Shown here: piece after piece, positions 50,878-61,339 of the stretch | Position numbering within the stretch: position 1 is the stretch's first letter | How the letters are laid out: each line of letters begins with the position of its first letter | From: Rotaria socialis | Taxonomy: Eukaryota | Length of the DNA: 64,000 nt | Assembly: GCA_905331485.1 (NCBI GenBank) | Contig: CAJNYT010000051.1 | Location: forward strand, 407,310-471,309 | Reading direction: 5' to 3' | Position numbers and translations under genes: made by a program | Notes under the pieces: model-generated | What the model saw: the letters and a program-made list of their open reading frames with translations, nothing else | What the model was told of the DNA's origin: nothing | The model's database searches: none

Positions 50878-51250
50878 ATAGAAGTTTGTCGTTTCTACGC
50901 AAACACCATTACCAGAAGGCATTCTATGAAACTGAATAAATCTAGAGAGAATGAGTATTGAAAACAGGATTTTTTCGTTCTTTCAACAGTTTATTTTGCT
51001 CTCTTAACTGTAACGCGTTGTTTTTTGAATGTTCTAAATAAAGACTTCATTTCGATTCAATGAATATTAAATTTGCTACTTTTCAATCATAATTTTTCCT
51101 GAAGTACCTGCCTGATTCCTTTTTAGTAAATAATCGTTACATGAATGGCAACAAATATCTGGATGTATAGATCGAGTGAGCGTTTATCAGTCTATTCATA
51201 ATTATCATTTTTAACGGAATTTTTTTTCTAGAAAAAAAAGCATTTCTATG
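50761..51250 (+). repeat. Direct repeat copy 1 (490 bp): last about 40 codons plus the 3' UTR of GTPase C
   Basis: About 93% identical to 56999-57466. Both end at ...aaaagcatttctatg. Confidence 0.9.
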
Positions 51251-51361
51251 TGGGTGGGTGTGGGTGTGTCATAGATGTCATAATACCGTTACACTGAGTA
51301 TTGTGATGAGTGTGGGTGTGTGGGGGTATATAAGCAAGACACACACCCACACCCTCACCCT
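51251..51361. repeat. TG-rich block (tgggtgggtgtgggtgtg), then a TG/CA palindrome (gagtgtgggtgtgtggggg tatataagcaagaca cacacccacaccctcaccctc), immediately 3' of direct-repeat copy 1
   Basis: Read directly. It marks the left boundary of the putative inserted cassette. Confidence 0.8.
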
Positions 51362-51529
51362 CAAGAAAAAAAAGTTTTCCTATTTTTCTATTCTAACAGG
51401 AAAGTGCATATGACAATTATAATTCGAATTCGAAAAAAACCTTTTTCCTAGTTTTCCTATTTTCCTGTTGTCGAATGGGAGTGCTAGTTGAATTTTTATT
51501 TATTTTCGAAGTAACTTGATGCACTCCCA

Positions 51530-51910
51530 TGTTGCGAATACCGGATCAATTTTTGCGGTAAACCGCGGTATTTATCCGTTCTGCGGTAATGGGAGCCGGT
51601 AGCCGGACCGGTAAAACCGCGGCAAACCGGCGGTTTTTTGCGCATGTTTATCACATGTAAAAGTAAAAACAAAGGATCTTTAAAATAGTTTAATTGATGA
51701 TTTGGAAGACTTTTTCTGTCAAAATTTATAGATGAACCGGTTAACCGCCTTTTTTAGCGGTAACCGCGGTATTAATCAAAACCGGCGATTTACCGCGGTA
51801 AATGCCAGCTCATTTTTTGTGGTAAACCGCGGTATTTATCCGTTCTGCGGTAATGAGAGCCGGTAACCGGACCGGTAAAACCGCGGTTAACCGCCGATTT
51901 TCATGCGGTT
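51530..51910 (-). repeat. CCGCGG-rich dispersed repeat, copy 2 (reverse complement of 20672-21110)
   Basis: ccgcggtatttatccgttctgcggtaatgagagccggtaaccggaccggtaaaaccgcggttaaccgccgattttcatgcggt is the reverse complement of 20672-20755. The AT spacer is also conserved. Confidence 0.85.
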
Positions 51911-51997
51911 TTTATTACATGGGCTTGAAGCTTCATTTATATTCGAATTCGAATTAGGTATATCATGGCTTTGATACAGATATTAGCCTCATCTAAG

Positions 51998-52020
51998 CGC
52001 ACACACCCGAACCCACATCG
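51998..52020. repeat. Solo CA-rich block (cgcacacacccgaacccacatcg)
   Basis: Same motif class as 51341-51361. Confidence 0.5.
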
Positions 52021-52553
52021 ACACTCTTGTTTTTAAATCTTAGCTGTCTACAAGTTAAATATGAATATATTTGCTTAATTTGGTCAAACAATCGAATGAA
52101 GAACATCAATAGTGGCAAGAATTGATTTATGTAAAGGATTATCTCTGTTTTTCATGAGTGCCTTTTCTATATAAGAATATTCTATACTTGATATCAAGCT
52201 TGTCTTTTAAACTTGATCGTTTTTAACTTGTGGAAAAAGGTTTGCCTTTTCGAAGAAAAATAATTTCACAGAAAGAATTTTTCAGATTTCATTTTTATCT
52301 CCTACATATAATTATTCACTGTCAAGTAACATATATGCAGATTTGCCGGAAAATCTGATAGAATTCCAGTACATATTATACCAATATAATTCTAAAGCTC
52401 TATCAAGATAAAGTCATCTTAAACTGGATTTTTTTTAGAACGGTACGAGCTACCATTTTCATGAACGTAGGTATAATGAGAAGAATTAAACATTTACAAC
52501 CGCAAATTACTTTAATAACAAGACAAAAATCAATTTGTATTCGAAAAATATAT

Positions 52554-54464
52554 TCATGTATTGTTTCCGTATAAGTAACTCACGACTTGGTTCTGGCCTC
52601 GTTTATTTGAAAGGATCTTCACAGTAGCATCGTAATAGCGTTTCATATCTATGTTTTCGTCCATTACACTAATAGTTTTATTGAATTTTGTGAGTAAATC
52701 TTGAGTTCGACCAATAATGTCATAGTTTTTTTTTATTGAAAGTAATGCAGTGACTTTTGCTTTTAATTGTGTTAACGATGAGTTTATTTCTGTTTCCAAC
52801 TTTTGCTGTCTGGCAATCAAGTGTTGTGCTTTAGTTTTTAACATAAATTCTTGTTGTTCAGCATAAGTATAATGTGATCGAGTCTCATTATCTGGTAATG
52901 TTACTCGGACTTTTGCTGTTTGTTGTCGATACATAGGATTATGGGGATTATACCCATCATCATGATCATAATGAGCCTTACTGTATTTCTGATCATGTGG
53001 TCGTTCTCTTGAATATGTGTCATGTCTCTCATCACGATCATGTGATGCTGAAATCTTATGATCTTTACCACAGGTTTCAGCAGTCGCTGATGATGAAGGA
53101 TATCCAGCAGTTCGAGCAGAATATGGTCTTGTAGTTGAATGTGTGCTGTTGTGAGAAGAATCATGATGAAATGAAGTATCGGTATTCTGTTTTAATGATG
53201 ATGAACACGTAGAAGAACGGCTTTCTTGAGGATCATGGTGATGATGATGATTGGATGAAGGATTTTTATACTCTGGTGGCTTGCAATGCTGACCAGTGTC
53301 ATTATCAGTATGCGCCGAAGGATTATTTTTATGCATGTAGTCATCATTCGTTGAATATGAACCGTGTGGATCTCGATTAACAACAAAAGATCTCGAGGTG
53401 TCTTTTTCACAACTCCTTCCTGACGAAGAGGCGCTTTGTGCTGATGCTGGTCGACGATTTTCAATAAATTTCGATGGATTTTCTGATTTTGCGGGTAGTA
53501 GTGATCGTGATTGATGTTGTGGTGATTGATCCCAACGCATAACTGTGATTTCTTGATCTTTTTCCCATTTTTCATTACATTGCATTGTATGGTGCGCATT
53601 GCTAATGCCATCTTCTGTTGCAGTTTGGTCTTTATATATATTAATTAGACTGATAATTTTGTTGATAGCCTCAATAATACAATTTTCAATTAAAGCTATT
53701 TTAATACCACCAATTTCGAATACTTGTGTTGAAACGCTATTAAATTGTAACAATTTTCGCACTAAAGTTTCAGTTATGTCCAGAGTGTCTTCAAAATCTT
53801 GTTCAAACCGACGTATTGCTTTTGATGATTGATTTTTGGGGTTCCATCGAAATAAGCTATTTTGCAAGTGAAATACCCTGCTATCATCTATTTTAAAATG
53901 ATCATGTAATATTGCTGGATCTAAATTAACACTAAGTTTATCACAATTTGTCAAAACTGCAACACAATTGTTTAATAAATCATTTGGCCATATTTGATAC
54001 AATGAATGTAAAACGTTTTTGAATGACACACCGAGACGTGGAAGAGCACCGTTTATAACAATAATAATTCCATTTAGGAAAGGTAATTGTTTTAGAGTCT
54101 TTTCAATGCAGTCCAAATTTCTTTCATCGACATCGAAGCCGTTTGTGTCATTGAATCCTGGTGTATCAATTAGTTCGAGATAAAAATCTGCTGTTCGAAA
54201 TGAATACGTCATGCATTTCTGCGTCTGACTTTGTATTTGATCATTAATATCACGTTCACTGTGCTTATTTCGGTATTTCTTATCAAGACAGTCCAACCAA
54301 TTTGCACATGGTATAGATAATTTAACTTGTGGACTAGTACAAAAAATATTTTTTGGATCTTTTGTACCATAACTCATATTATACAAAAAGTTAATTAATG
54401 AAGATTTTCCGACACCAGCATCGCCAAGTAAAATAAAACGTTTCGGCTCGCGCGCTGAGGTCAT
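52554..54464 (-). CDS. Intronless TRAFAC-class P-loop GTPase A (636 aa): N-terminal G-domain, then a His/Ser/Thr-rich disordered region and a C-terminal coiled coil; GIMAP/AIG1-Toc34-septin-like
   Basis: Full-length ORF with G1 LLGDAGVGKSSLINFL, G3 LIDTPGFNDTNG, hydrophobic IIIVINGAL and G4-like VLTNCDKL. HHHHHDPQ and S/T/H-rich low complexity in the middle. Heptad-like C-terminus (LIARQQKLETEINSSLTQLKAKVTALLSIKKNYD). Coordinates taken from the ORF track. Confidence 0.8.
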   Translation of the reverse strand: MTSAREPKRFILLGDAGVGKSSLINFLYNMSYGTKDPKNIFCTSPQVKLSIPCANWLDCLDKKYRNKHSERDINDQIQSQTQKCMTYSFRTADFYLELIDTPGFNDTNGFDVDERNLDCIEKTLKQLPFLNGIIIVINGALPRLGVSFKNVLHSLYQIWPNDLLNNCVAVLTNCDKLSVNLDPAILHDHFKIDDSRVFHLQNSLFRWNPKNQSSKAIRRFEQDFEDTLDITETLVRKLLQFNSVSTQVFEIGGIKIALIENCIIEAINKIISLINIYKDQTATEDGISNAHHTMQCNEKWEKDQEITVMRWDQSPQHQSRSLLPAKSENPSKFIENRRPASAQSASSSGRSCEKDTSRSFVVNRDPHGSYSTNDDYMHKNNPSAHTDNDTGQHCKPPEYKNPSSNHHHHHDPQESRSSTCSSSLKQNTDTSFHHDSSHNSTHSTTRPYSARTAGYPSSSATAETCGKDHKISASHDRDERHDTYSRERPHDQKYSKAHYDHDDGYNPHNPMYRQQTAKVRVTLPDNETRSHYTYAEQQEFMLKTKAQHLIARQQKLETEINSSLTQLKAKVTALLSIKKNYDIIGRTQDLLTKFNKTISVMDENIDMKRYYDATVKILSNKRGQNQVVSYLYGNNT

Positions 54465-54922
54465 GTTTCTTATTTTTTAAGCAGAATGTAATATGAAATG
54501 AGTTGTCTATACTATTGCAAAGTATCGAGCTTATATATTCAGAATGCAGTTGACTTTTTCCTACTCGTTGATGTATCTTATCAAGACTCTTGAGAATATT
54601 TACTAAGAAGAACAAAGTTTATTGCTCTTGGAATATATTGATGCAAATTTTCAGCATATAACATACAGAAGCAAGGAAGTACATGCCTATCTCAACCGTT
54701 CGAGAGACTTCAATGGTCTATGTTGGAACAAATAAGAAGATATGGCAATAAAGATTACAAGCGAATTTTTGTCATTGCAGTAAGTCAAATCAAACAAATT
54801 TACATTTTTTTTCCAAGTTTTTGCTTTGTTCGAAATTACATGTCTACATGTATATATAAATTACTTCAAAAAAAATACATCATTATACATCAAAAATTAA
54901 AAATTAAAAGCCAAAAGCGAAG
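54465..54922. promoter_or_regulatory. About 458-bp divergent intergenic region between GTPase A (-) and GTPase B (+); presumed bidirectional promoter
   Basis: Head-to-head gene arrangement. No element verified. Confidence 0.4.
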
Positions 54923-56416
54923 ATGTCTTTTTCCAGTATTACCGTGTTCTCCTGCTCTACCGTCCGAAAGGAGTCGAATCCAAATATTATCATTCTATTC
55001 ATTGGTGAATCAGGCTCAGGCAAATCAACTTGTATAAATTATTTTGCCAATTATTTTACCAATTCTTCATTTGATGAAGAAGATCATTATTCAAATATGA
55101 AAATTGTTATACCAAACAGTCTATTTCCTGAGCCGAATTTTCCTGAGGGACACCATCGACATTGTGAGCGTAATGTACATGATACTAGTATGAGTCAAAC
55201 GCAAGAATGTACTGCTTATGATTTTCGATGGAATGGGCAATGTATCAAAATTATAGATACACCTGGTTTTAATGATACAGATTCCCATAAAGATGATCAA
55301 AATATTCAGAAAATCTTGACACAAGCTTCACAAGTTCCATTCATTAATGCTATTGTAATCACGATCAATGGCACAAATGTTCGTTTATCAACATCCATCA
55401 AAACAACATTGAGTCAACTGCGTAGTTCATTACCAGATAAAATTTTTAAAAATTTATTTTTTATCTTCACAAATTGTACTGAAGAAACTAGAAACTTTGA
55501 TTTATCCCTGATTTCTGAATTCAAACCATCAGAAGAACGAACATTTCATATGCAAAATGCATTGTTTTCCATCAAAGATAAGTCGTTACTTCAAAACACA
55601 AAATCAGTACGAAAAATGGCACAAACATGGAAGGAGTCGGTAGAAACAATGGGCGAAATAATGCAGGAAATAAATCAAACATCGGCTACATCGGTACAAG
55701 TATTTAATGATATGAGAATTCGACGAGAACAACTGATTGTACACAAGGAGAATTTGATTGAAAAACAAAAGTCTTTGCTAAATATCATGAATACATTGCA
55801 AATTGAAAAAGAGCGTTTGAAAAATGCCTCTGAAGATCAACAAGCAAACAAAAATTTCACGGAATCAAAACGTATCAGCGTTATTGATATAGAAAAAAAA
55901 TCATATTATAGTACAATTTGTCTGAGACATGGTAAAGTACAAGTATGCCATGAGAACTGTTCGTTATCATATGAGCCCAAGTTGAATTTGCATCATTTTC
56001 AACAATGTGCTGCTGCAAATGGATCAAATTGCCGACATTGTGCGTGTGGAATGAATGACCATTTACATTCTTACGAAATTCCAGTATCACGACTAAAAAC
56101 GGTTGAAGAAATCATTCAAAGTAAAAAGGCTGCTTTTGAACAAGCCAATAGAAATATAAAAAGTAGTAGCGATAGAGTTGTTCTCTTAGAGCGTGTTCGA
56201 GATGCTTGTCAGAATGAGGTTAATGATATTAAAGATGGCTTGTTGACGACAATAAAGGAGTTGAAACAAATTTGTTCACACTTCAATTTTCACGATGAAA
56301 TGAATGGTACAATACAAAAGTTAAGAAAAGAAGCTAAAATTGCAACAGACTTTAAAGCAAAGCAAGAATTCACTCGAACAGCCAATGCCATTGAACATTT
56401 TATCAATCGAATTTAA
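54923..56416 (+). CDS. Intronless TRAFAC-class P-loop GTPase B (497 aa), a paralog of A: G-domain, Cys/His-rich segment, C-terminal coiled coil
   Basis: G1 LFIGESGSGKSTCINYF, G3 IIDTPGFNDTDS, VITINGTNVRL and G4-like FIFTNCTEE. Shared blocks with A (SQTQ(K/E)C(M/T)(T/A)Y.FR, ERTFHMQNALF / SRVFHLQNSLF). CxxC/His cluster CHENCS...CRHCACG. Coiled-coil tail. Coordinates taken from the ORF track. Confidence 0.8.
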   Translation: MSFSSITVFSCSTVRKESNPNIIILFIGESGSGKSTCINYFANYFTNSSFDEEDHYSNMKIVIPNSLFPEPNFPEGHHRHCERNVHDTSMSQTQECTAYDFRWNGQCIKIIDTPGFNDTDSHKDDQNIQKILTQASQVPFINAIVITINGTNVRLSTSIKTTLSQLRSSLPDKIFKNLFFIFTNCTEETRNFDLSLISEFKPSEERTFHMQNALFSIKDKSLLQNTKSVRKMAQTWKESVETMGEIMQEINQTSATSVQVFNDMRIRREQLIVHKENLIEKQKSLLNIMNTLQIEKERLKNASEDQQANKNFTESKRISVIDIEKKSYYSTICLRHGKVQVCHENCSLSYEPKLNLHHFQQCAAANGSNCRHCACGMNDHLHSYEIPVSRLKTVEEIIQSKKAAFEQANRNIKSSSDRVVLLERVRDACQNEVNDIKDGLLTTIKELKQICSHFNFHDEMNGTIQKLRKEAKIATDFKAKQEFTRTANAIEHFINRI

Positions 56417-56959
56417 TAAGCAATTACAGTGACGACCATTTATTCTAGAACTGTGACATTTCGTACCAGAATCTAGCAACTAGTACGAACAGTGATAAAG
56501 CTGTATAGGGATTGTATGCGCTTTAAAAATTGTTTAAAATATATATACTTCATTCTTACTCTTAATAGTTTTAATTAATTTTAATTTAGCCTATTTACGT
56601 ATATCAACAAGGTTATTGAAAGTCAAATAACATGAAGATGTGAGCCAATACAGGTTGGTGCTTGTACTGGCGTCACATTATGGGCAGAAAAAAGGAACTA
56701 GGAGTAATTCTTTCAATGACTGCAGCTAATATTTTAATTTTTGCTTTGTTACAAATAGCTGACACATCATACTGATTGTCTGTATTTACTCAGCTCCTCC
56801 TAATTGGCAGGTTGCTAGAAAATCAACTTTCCGACTTTTGAAAACTATGCATTTGACACAACACAATATGGTTGTATCATTATGATGTTTTTCAGTCAAA
56901 TGAGACAAGAATTTCTATCATGCAGTTAGAATACTACGCGGATTTAACTTGAGGATGTG

Positions 56960-57113
56960 AGTATCGAGTTTTCTCCTATGTGCGCCCACACTCATCCAGG
57001 TGCACTTCAATTAAGCATTGTGGGCTACTTTATTGGCGCTGGTATATGTGTAGCTACAGCCGCAACATCAACAGCTGCTCTCGGTTGGGCATCCTATTTT
57101 TACTTTATTGACT
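56960..57113 (+). pseudogene. Orphan 3' remnant of a GTPase-C-like gene (TM-anchor tail only), within direct-repeat copy 2
   Basis: The translation ..HPGALQLSIVGYFIGAGICVATAATSTAALGWASYFYFID-stop is about 90% identical to the C-terminus of 50137-50877. It is preceded by a CA-rich block (gtgcgcccacactcatcc) and no upstream exons. Confidence 0.6.
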
Positions 57114-57466
57114 AGATAGAAGTATGCTGTTTCTACGCAAATACCATTACTAGAAGACATTCTATGAAACTGAATAAATCTAGAGAGAATGAGTATTGAA
57201 AACAGGATTTTTTTGTTCTCTTAACTCTAACGCGTTATTTTTTCAATGTTCTAAATAAAGACTTTTCATTTCGATTCAATGAATATTAAATTTGTTATTT
57301 TTCAATCATAATTTTTCCTGAAGTTCCTGCCTGATTCCTTTTTAGTAAATAATCGTTACATAAATGCCAACAAATATCTGAATGTATAGATCGAGCGAGC
57401 GTTTATCAGTCTATTCATTATCATCATTTTTAACGGTTTTTTTTTCTAGAAAAAAGCATTTCTATG
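56999..57466 (+). repeat. Direct repeat copy 2 (468 bp) of 50761-51250
   Basis: Collinear alignment throughout. It is followed by unrelated sequence (ttaacaag), whereas copy 1 is followed by a TG-rich block. Confidence 0.9.
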
Positions 57467-58280
57467 TTAACAAGTTTTAAAAACCAATAAACATCTTCAT
57501 CCCTATATAAGTACTGGAACATAAATAGTATTCATACATGATTCTGACCCTCAAAAGAATTTATTTATTCATTCTATTTCAGTCAGTTCGAAAAAAAAAG
57601 ATTTAATGCAAAACTGTACGATCATGTTTATGTCTTGCTAATGAAGATAAGACAAGTCATGATTCTGACAACGATAATATATTCCTTAAATGTCATTCGC
57701 TGTACAATTCATTCCTAATAATAGTTAAGTTGATGATTGCAATCGACTGAAGTCAAGTTTAAGTAGAAGAACAAATTAATTATGTATATCAAAAAGAAAC
57801 TCTTTCATCTTCTAGCAACATGCAACACTAACAATAGTAGGATAAATCCTCATGGAATTCAAGTTCATGAACACATATAATTAGTTTTTCCATAGAAGAA
57901 AAAACAAAAAAAAATTAATATGAATCTTTCTTTTTCTCGACATACATTTATTTATAATAAATTTAAGGTAAAAAAATATTAGCCACCCGATGTTTTCTAA
58001 TTGTATGTGACACAACTTGCATCACAAATATATGATTATATCATATTTAATTATACGTCCGACGGCCAACGTCTGTTTTCTAAAAAAATCAAAACAATTC
58101 CTCTGTTGATCAAATTTGACTTGGCAATCATTTTGTTTTCTTTCTTTTCCGATGCTACTGATGAATAAAAGATCTTCTCAACATATTTCATTTGTCATGC
58201 AATAAACAATGCGTGCTACAGTACGATAATAATTGTCCTAGAGTATGTTGCCTTTTTTTCTTCTTTAGACAATCATTATC

Positions 58281-58616
58281 ATGAATAATCACACAAAGTC
58301 ACTGCCACCTTTCGGATTATTTGTTGCGATGGGCTATTTACCGTCAATATTTAGTCTTCTACTTATATTAATTCTTATACTTATTACGTTATTTATACTG
58401 TTTATGAAACACAAAACTAGTCGTGCATTTGACGAAAATGAAATACGAAGTGATGACAGTGCAAGTGCCAATGAACTGAAATCACTGGAATTTCACCGAT
58501 CAAAACAATATTCGTCAACGTCAAATAATCAACAACAAACATCGATGACTTCATTTCAAACCGATATTGATGAACAAACTACCCGTTCAACGATTGATTT
58601 ACTTTCTGCCAAATAA
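58281..58616 (+). CDS. Possible small single-pass membrane protein ORF (111 aa)
   Basis: ATG-initiated ORF with a strongly hydrophobic segment (LPSIFSLLLILILILITLFILFM) and a Ser/Thr/Gln-rich tail. No homology recognised. Confidence 0.25.
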   Translation: MNNHTKSLPPFGLFVAMGYLPSIFSLLLILILILITLFILFMKHKTSRAFDENEIRSDDSASANELKSLEFHRSKQYSSTSNNQQQTSMTSFQTDIDEQTTRSTIDLLSAK

Positions 58617-60152
58617 TTGAGCTGCTTTATTGTTTGTCTTGTGTTAATTCTGTTCGAGTTTAAAAAATTAGTTTCAATCATAGGTAGCATTTACTAACCA
58701 TATCAGCGCTTTAAATCTTCTTTTTATTTTCATCTCGGAAAGATATGCTTAATTGAAATCCTTGTATAAATTCATATGAAACCTTTTGTTTTTATAAAAT
58801 GTAAATGAACTCCATAGTTGATCAACATTGTTTTTTCGTATTTTTAGGAACAAATGGATTTTTCAACTTTATTTTTCTTTAAATTATTTGGCTATTATGA
58901 TTAAAATGATCCATCTGTTTCTCTTTTGTGCGTCAGTAAAATTACCAGATTTTTCACAATTCAATGTGAATTATCGATATTAAAATAATATTGTTGATCA
59001 ATCATTACTATTGACCAACGAATAGATCATCCGATTATTTACATTATGAACTAAATGTTTTCGATAGTTAGTTGATTCGATTCTACATTTCTAGAAATCA
59101 ATACATCGGATTAGATTTAAGTGATAATAGAAGATAGACTCAAACTAATCGAAAAAAAGTTTTTGGCCAACACTATCTATTCAATGGAGACAAACGAGAG
59201 TTATTCATCGAAATAATCAAAGGAATATTCTTTTTGTTTTTGTCTATTTTTTTTATTCTAGCTAATAAAAAAGCAACTCATCTGTGATCCTTTTCATGAA
59301 ATCTTTAGGTACATCGTCATTTCAACCATATAAAAAAACAACGGAAAAAAAGATGAACTGCATCCTGATCGCAGAGACTTTGTTTTTGACAAGTAAGACA
59401 ATATGTCTGCAAAGAGCAGCATAAGAAGACGAACACGAGAAAAATAATCATAGAATAGAAACATCAACACACGATTTACTTATATGAAGAAGAAAGAAAC
59501 TCATTCATGCAGTCTATTAAGCCTATGTGAGATTTTTTAGGTTCATCTTGATGATGATTCTCATTGTTAACATGCAGTAGAAAAAAAGAAGACAAAACAA
59601 TCTACTTTGAATGTGTTTGGAAGAAATTATTTTCATGTGCTAGTATCGCTGCTCAACTCGAATCATCGTTGATTCTTCTGACTAGTAGATACACTCTTCA
59701 ATGAATGTTGTGCAATATTTATTTTTTTTTGTATCAAGAGGAAATGTCCGCAATCCAAAAGATATGATGCTATTAGTAATATTACCTTAGATTTATCTAT
59801 GAGAATGCGAGACATGTTGGAGTAGTGAAAATCAAGATCTTGAAGTCTAGGAAATAACTGTATCACCTATTTGATGGTACGCTGATTTTTATTGTAAATC
59901 TTGAAAAAATAATTTTGTCCGATGATCATGAGGTGACTATACTACTCGACAAAAATAAACTTTCTAACGATGATCCTGGCTAATTTTTTTAGACACAGTA
60001 CATCATCAAATATCTTAGTTAAATTTTAATTATTTTTGGTTTTTCTCTTTATTCATTCAAGATTAAACTTTGCACAAAATCCATGACTTGAGTTTACTGG
60101 TGTCTCTACGAGTTCATCATCGGTATCAACTGAATCCATTCTTGCCATACGG

Positions 60153-60682
60153 CTACTCTAAATTCGATTGTTGTTGTTGTTGTTTGATTAGATTTGTAGC
60201 AGCAGAAAAGTGAACAGCCGAATTAGGTATTGATTGCTCATTGTTGTGTTCGCCCTCGTCCTCGTACTTCCATAAGGATCCACAATCGATTAATTGAGCG
60301 TTATTAAATTTTTTATAATCGAAAGCTTCAAGTGTGGAATCGCACGATGAAAACTGAAAACCCCACAAAATTTCACTCGGTAAATACGACGTACGAAAAT
60401 GACACGCGAATCCAGTGTAATCAAACGCTCCTTCAATAATTGCAATGATTTCAAAATGTTCTTTTGCTAATGTCGATTTTTGAATACCATAGAGCGGACT
60501 ACGACTATTAATTACATGTTCAACAACGGTTGGCCGTGGAAAAAATAGTTGACCATTACGAAGATGTGTTATTTCCATATCAAAGATTTGATGAGGTACT
60601 ATTTCGCCTTCAAGTGTTCGTCGTTCACGAATCATTAATAAACGAACAGTAGCAGATATTAATTGAGAAGCTGATAAATTTC
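60153..60682 (-). CDS. Kir channel, terminal exon: cytoplasmic Ig-like C-terminal domain
   Basis: Acceptor ttttctatag. ...SPLYGIQKSTLAKEHFEIIAIIEGAFDYTGFACHFRTSYLPSEILWGFQFSS... (compare Kir2 SPLYDLS...[35 protein letters not shown]), polyQ tail, stop TAG at 60153-60155. Confidence 0.8.
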
Positions 60683-60772
60683 CTATAGAAAAAAAAACAA
60701 AATAATATTTCTATTCAGAACCATAACATGTTTCAAATATACCTATGCGAAATGTTAATGTCAACAGATTAC

Positions 60773-60823
60773 CTCGTGAAAGAATTAGAGCTTTCTCACT
60801 GAAGACAACAAATTGAGATTTTT
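60773..60823 (-). CDS. Kir channel, 51-nt microexon (…EKSQFVVFSEKALILSR…)
   Basis: Acceptor ctatttttag, donor cacgag|gtaatc. Phase 1 is maintained into exon 3. It aligns to the Kir segment ETLVFSHNAVIAMRDG. Confidence 0.55.
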
Positions 60824-61339
60824 CTAAAAATAGAAATTTATAAGTTTCAAAGATTATCTTTTTTTCAAATGATGAATAACTTTGTCCAATCAATTTTTTG
60901 TCTAAGTACAACTCATGGAAATTCAATACTTCATATCGCAGGCAAATCATAACTTCTACTCATATATTCGTAAGTCTATCAGCTTCCTACTAATAAACAA
61001 TTTTTTCAAACATTTAGAATTCGCTGTTCAAAGTTGCCGGGCTTCATGCAGACTACATAACATGATGTTGTTTCTTTCCAATCAACTTGTTGTGCATTCA
61101 CGTTTTCGTAAGCTTCGACTTCAATAAGATTCTTAAAGCAACAGTAGAAACTGAAATTTTCAGTCGCGTAATACAATCTTCGTTTGATTTAGATACGCGA
61201 TATCAAACGGACAAAAGACGACAAAGTAACATACTTTTAAACCTGGGAATTTCTCTCGTCAGATTGAAAATTAAACTTGTAGATTGGCTCACTTTCCGAG
61301 TTTACAAACTTTCGAATCGATAGCAACTAGAGTTTTCAC

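Noticed and set aside
50109-51361. Telomere or interstitial telomeric repeat
   Set aside because: The TG1-3-like tracts are short (under 40 bp), irregular and paired with inverted CA tracts. The metazoan TTAGGG motif is absent. They are better explained as palindromic element termini
52901-53832. Internal alternative-frame ORFs within GTPase A (His/Ile/Met-rich)
   Set aside because: Shadow ORFs inside the His/Ser-rich low-complexity coding region of the 636-aa GTPase
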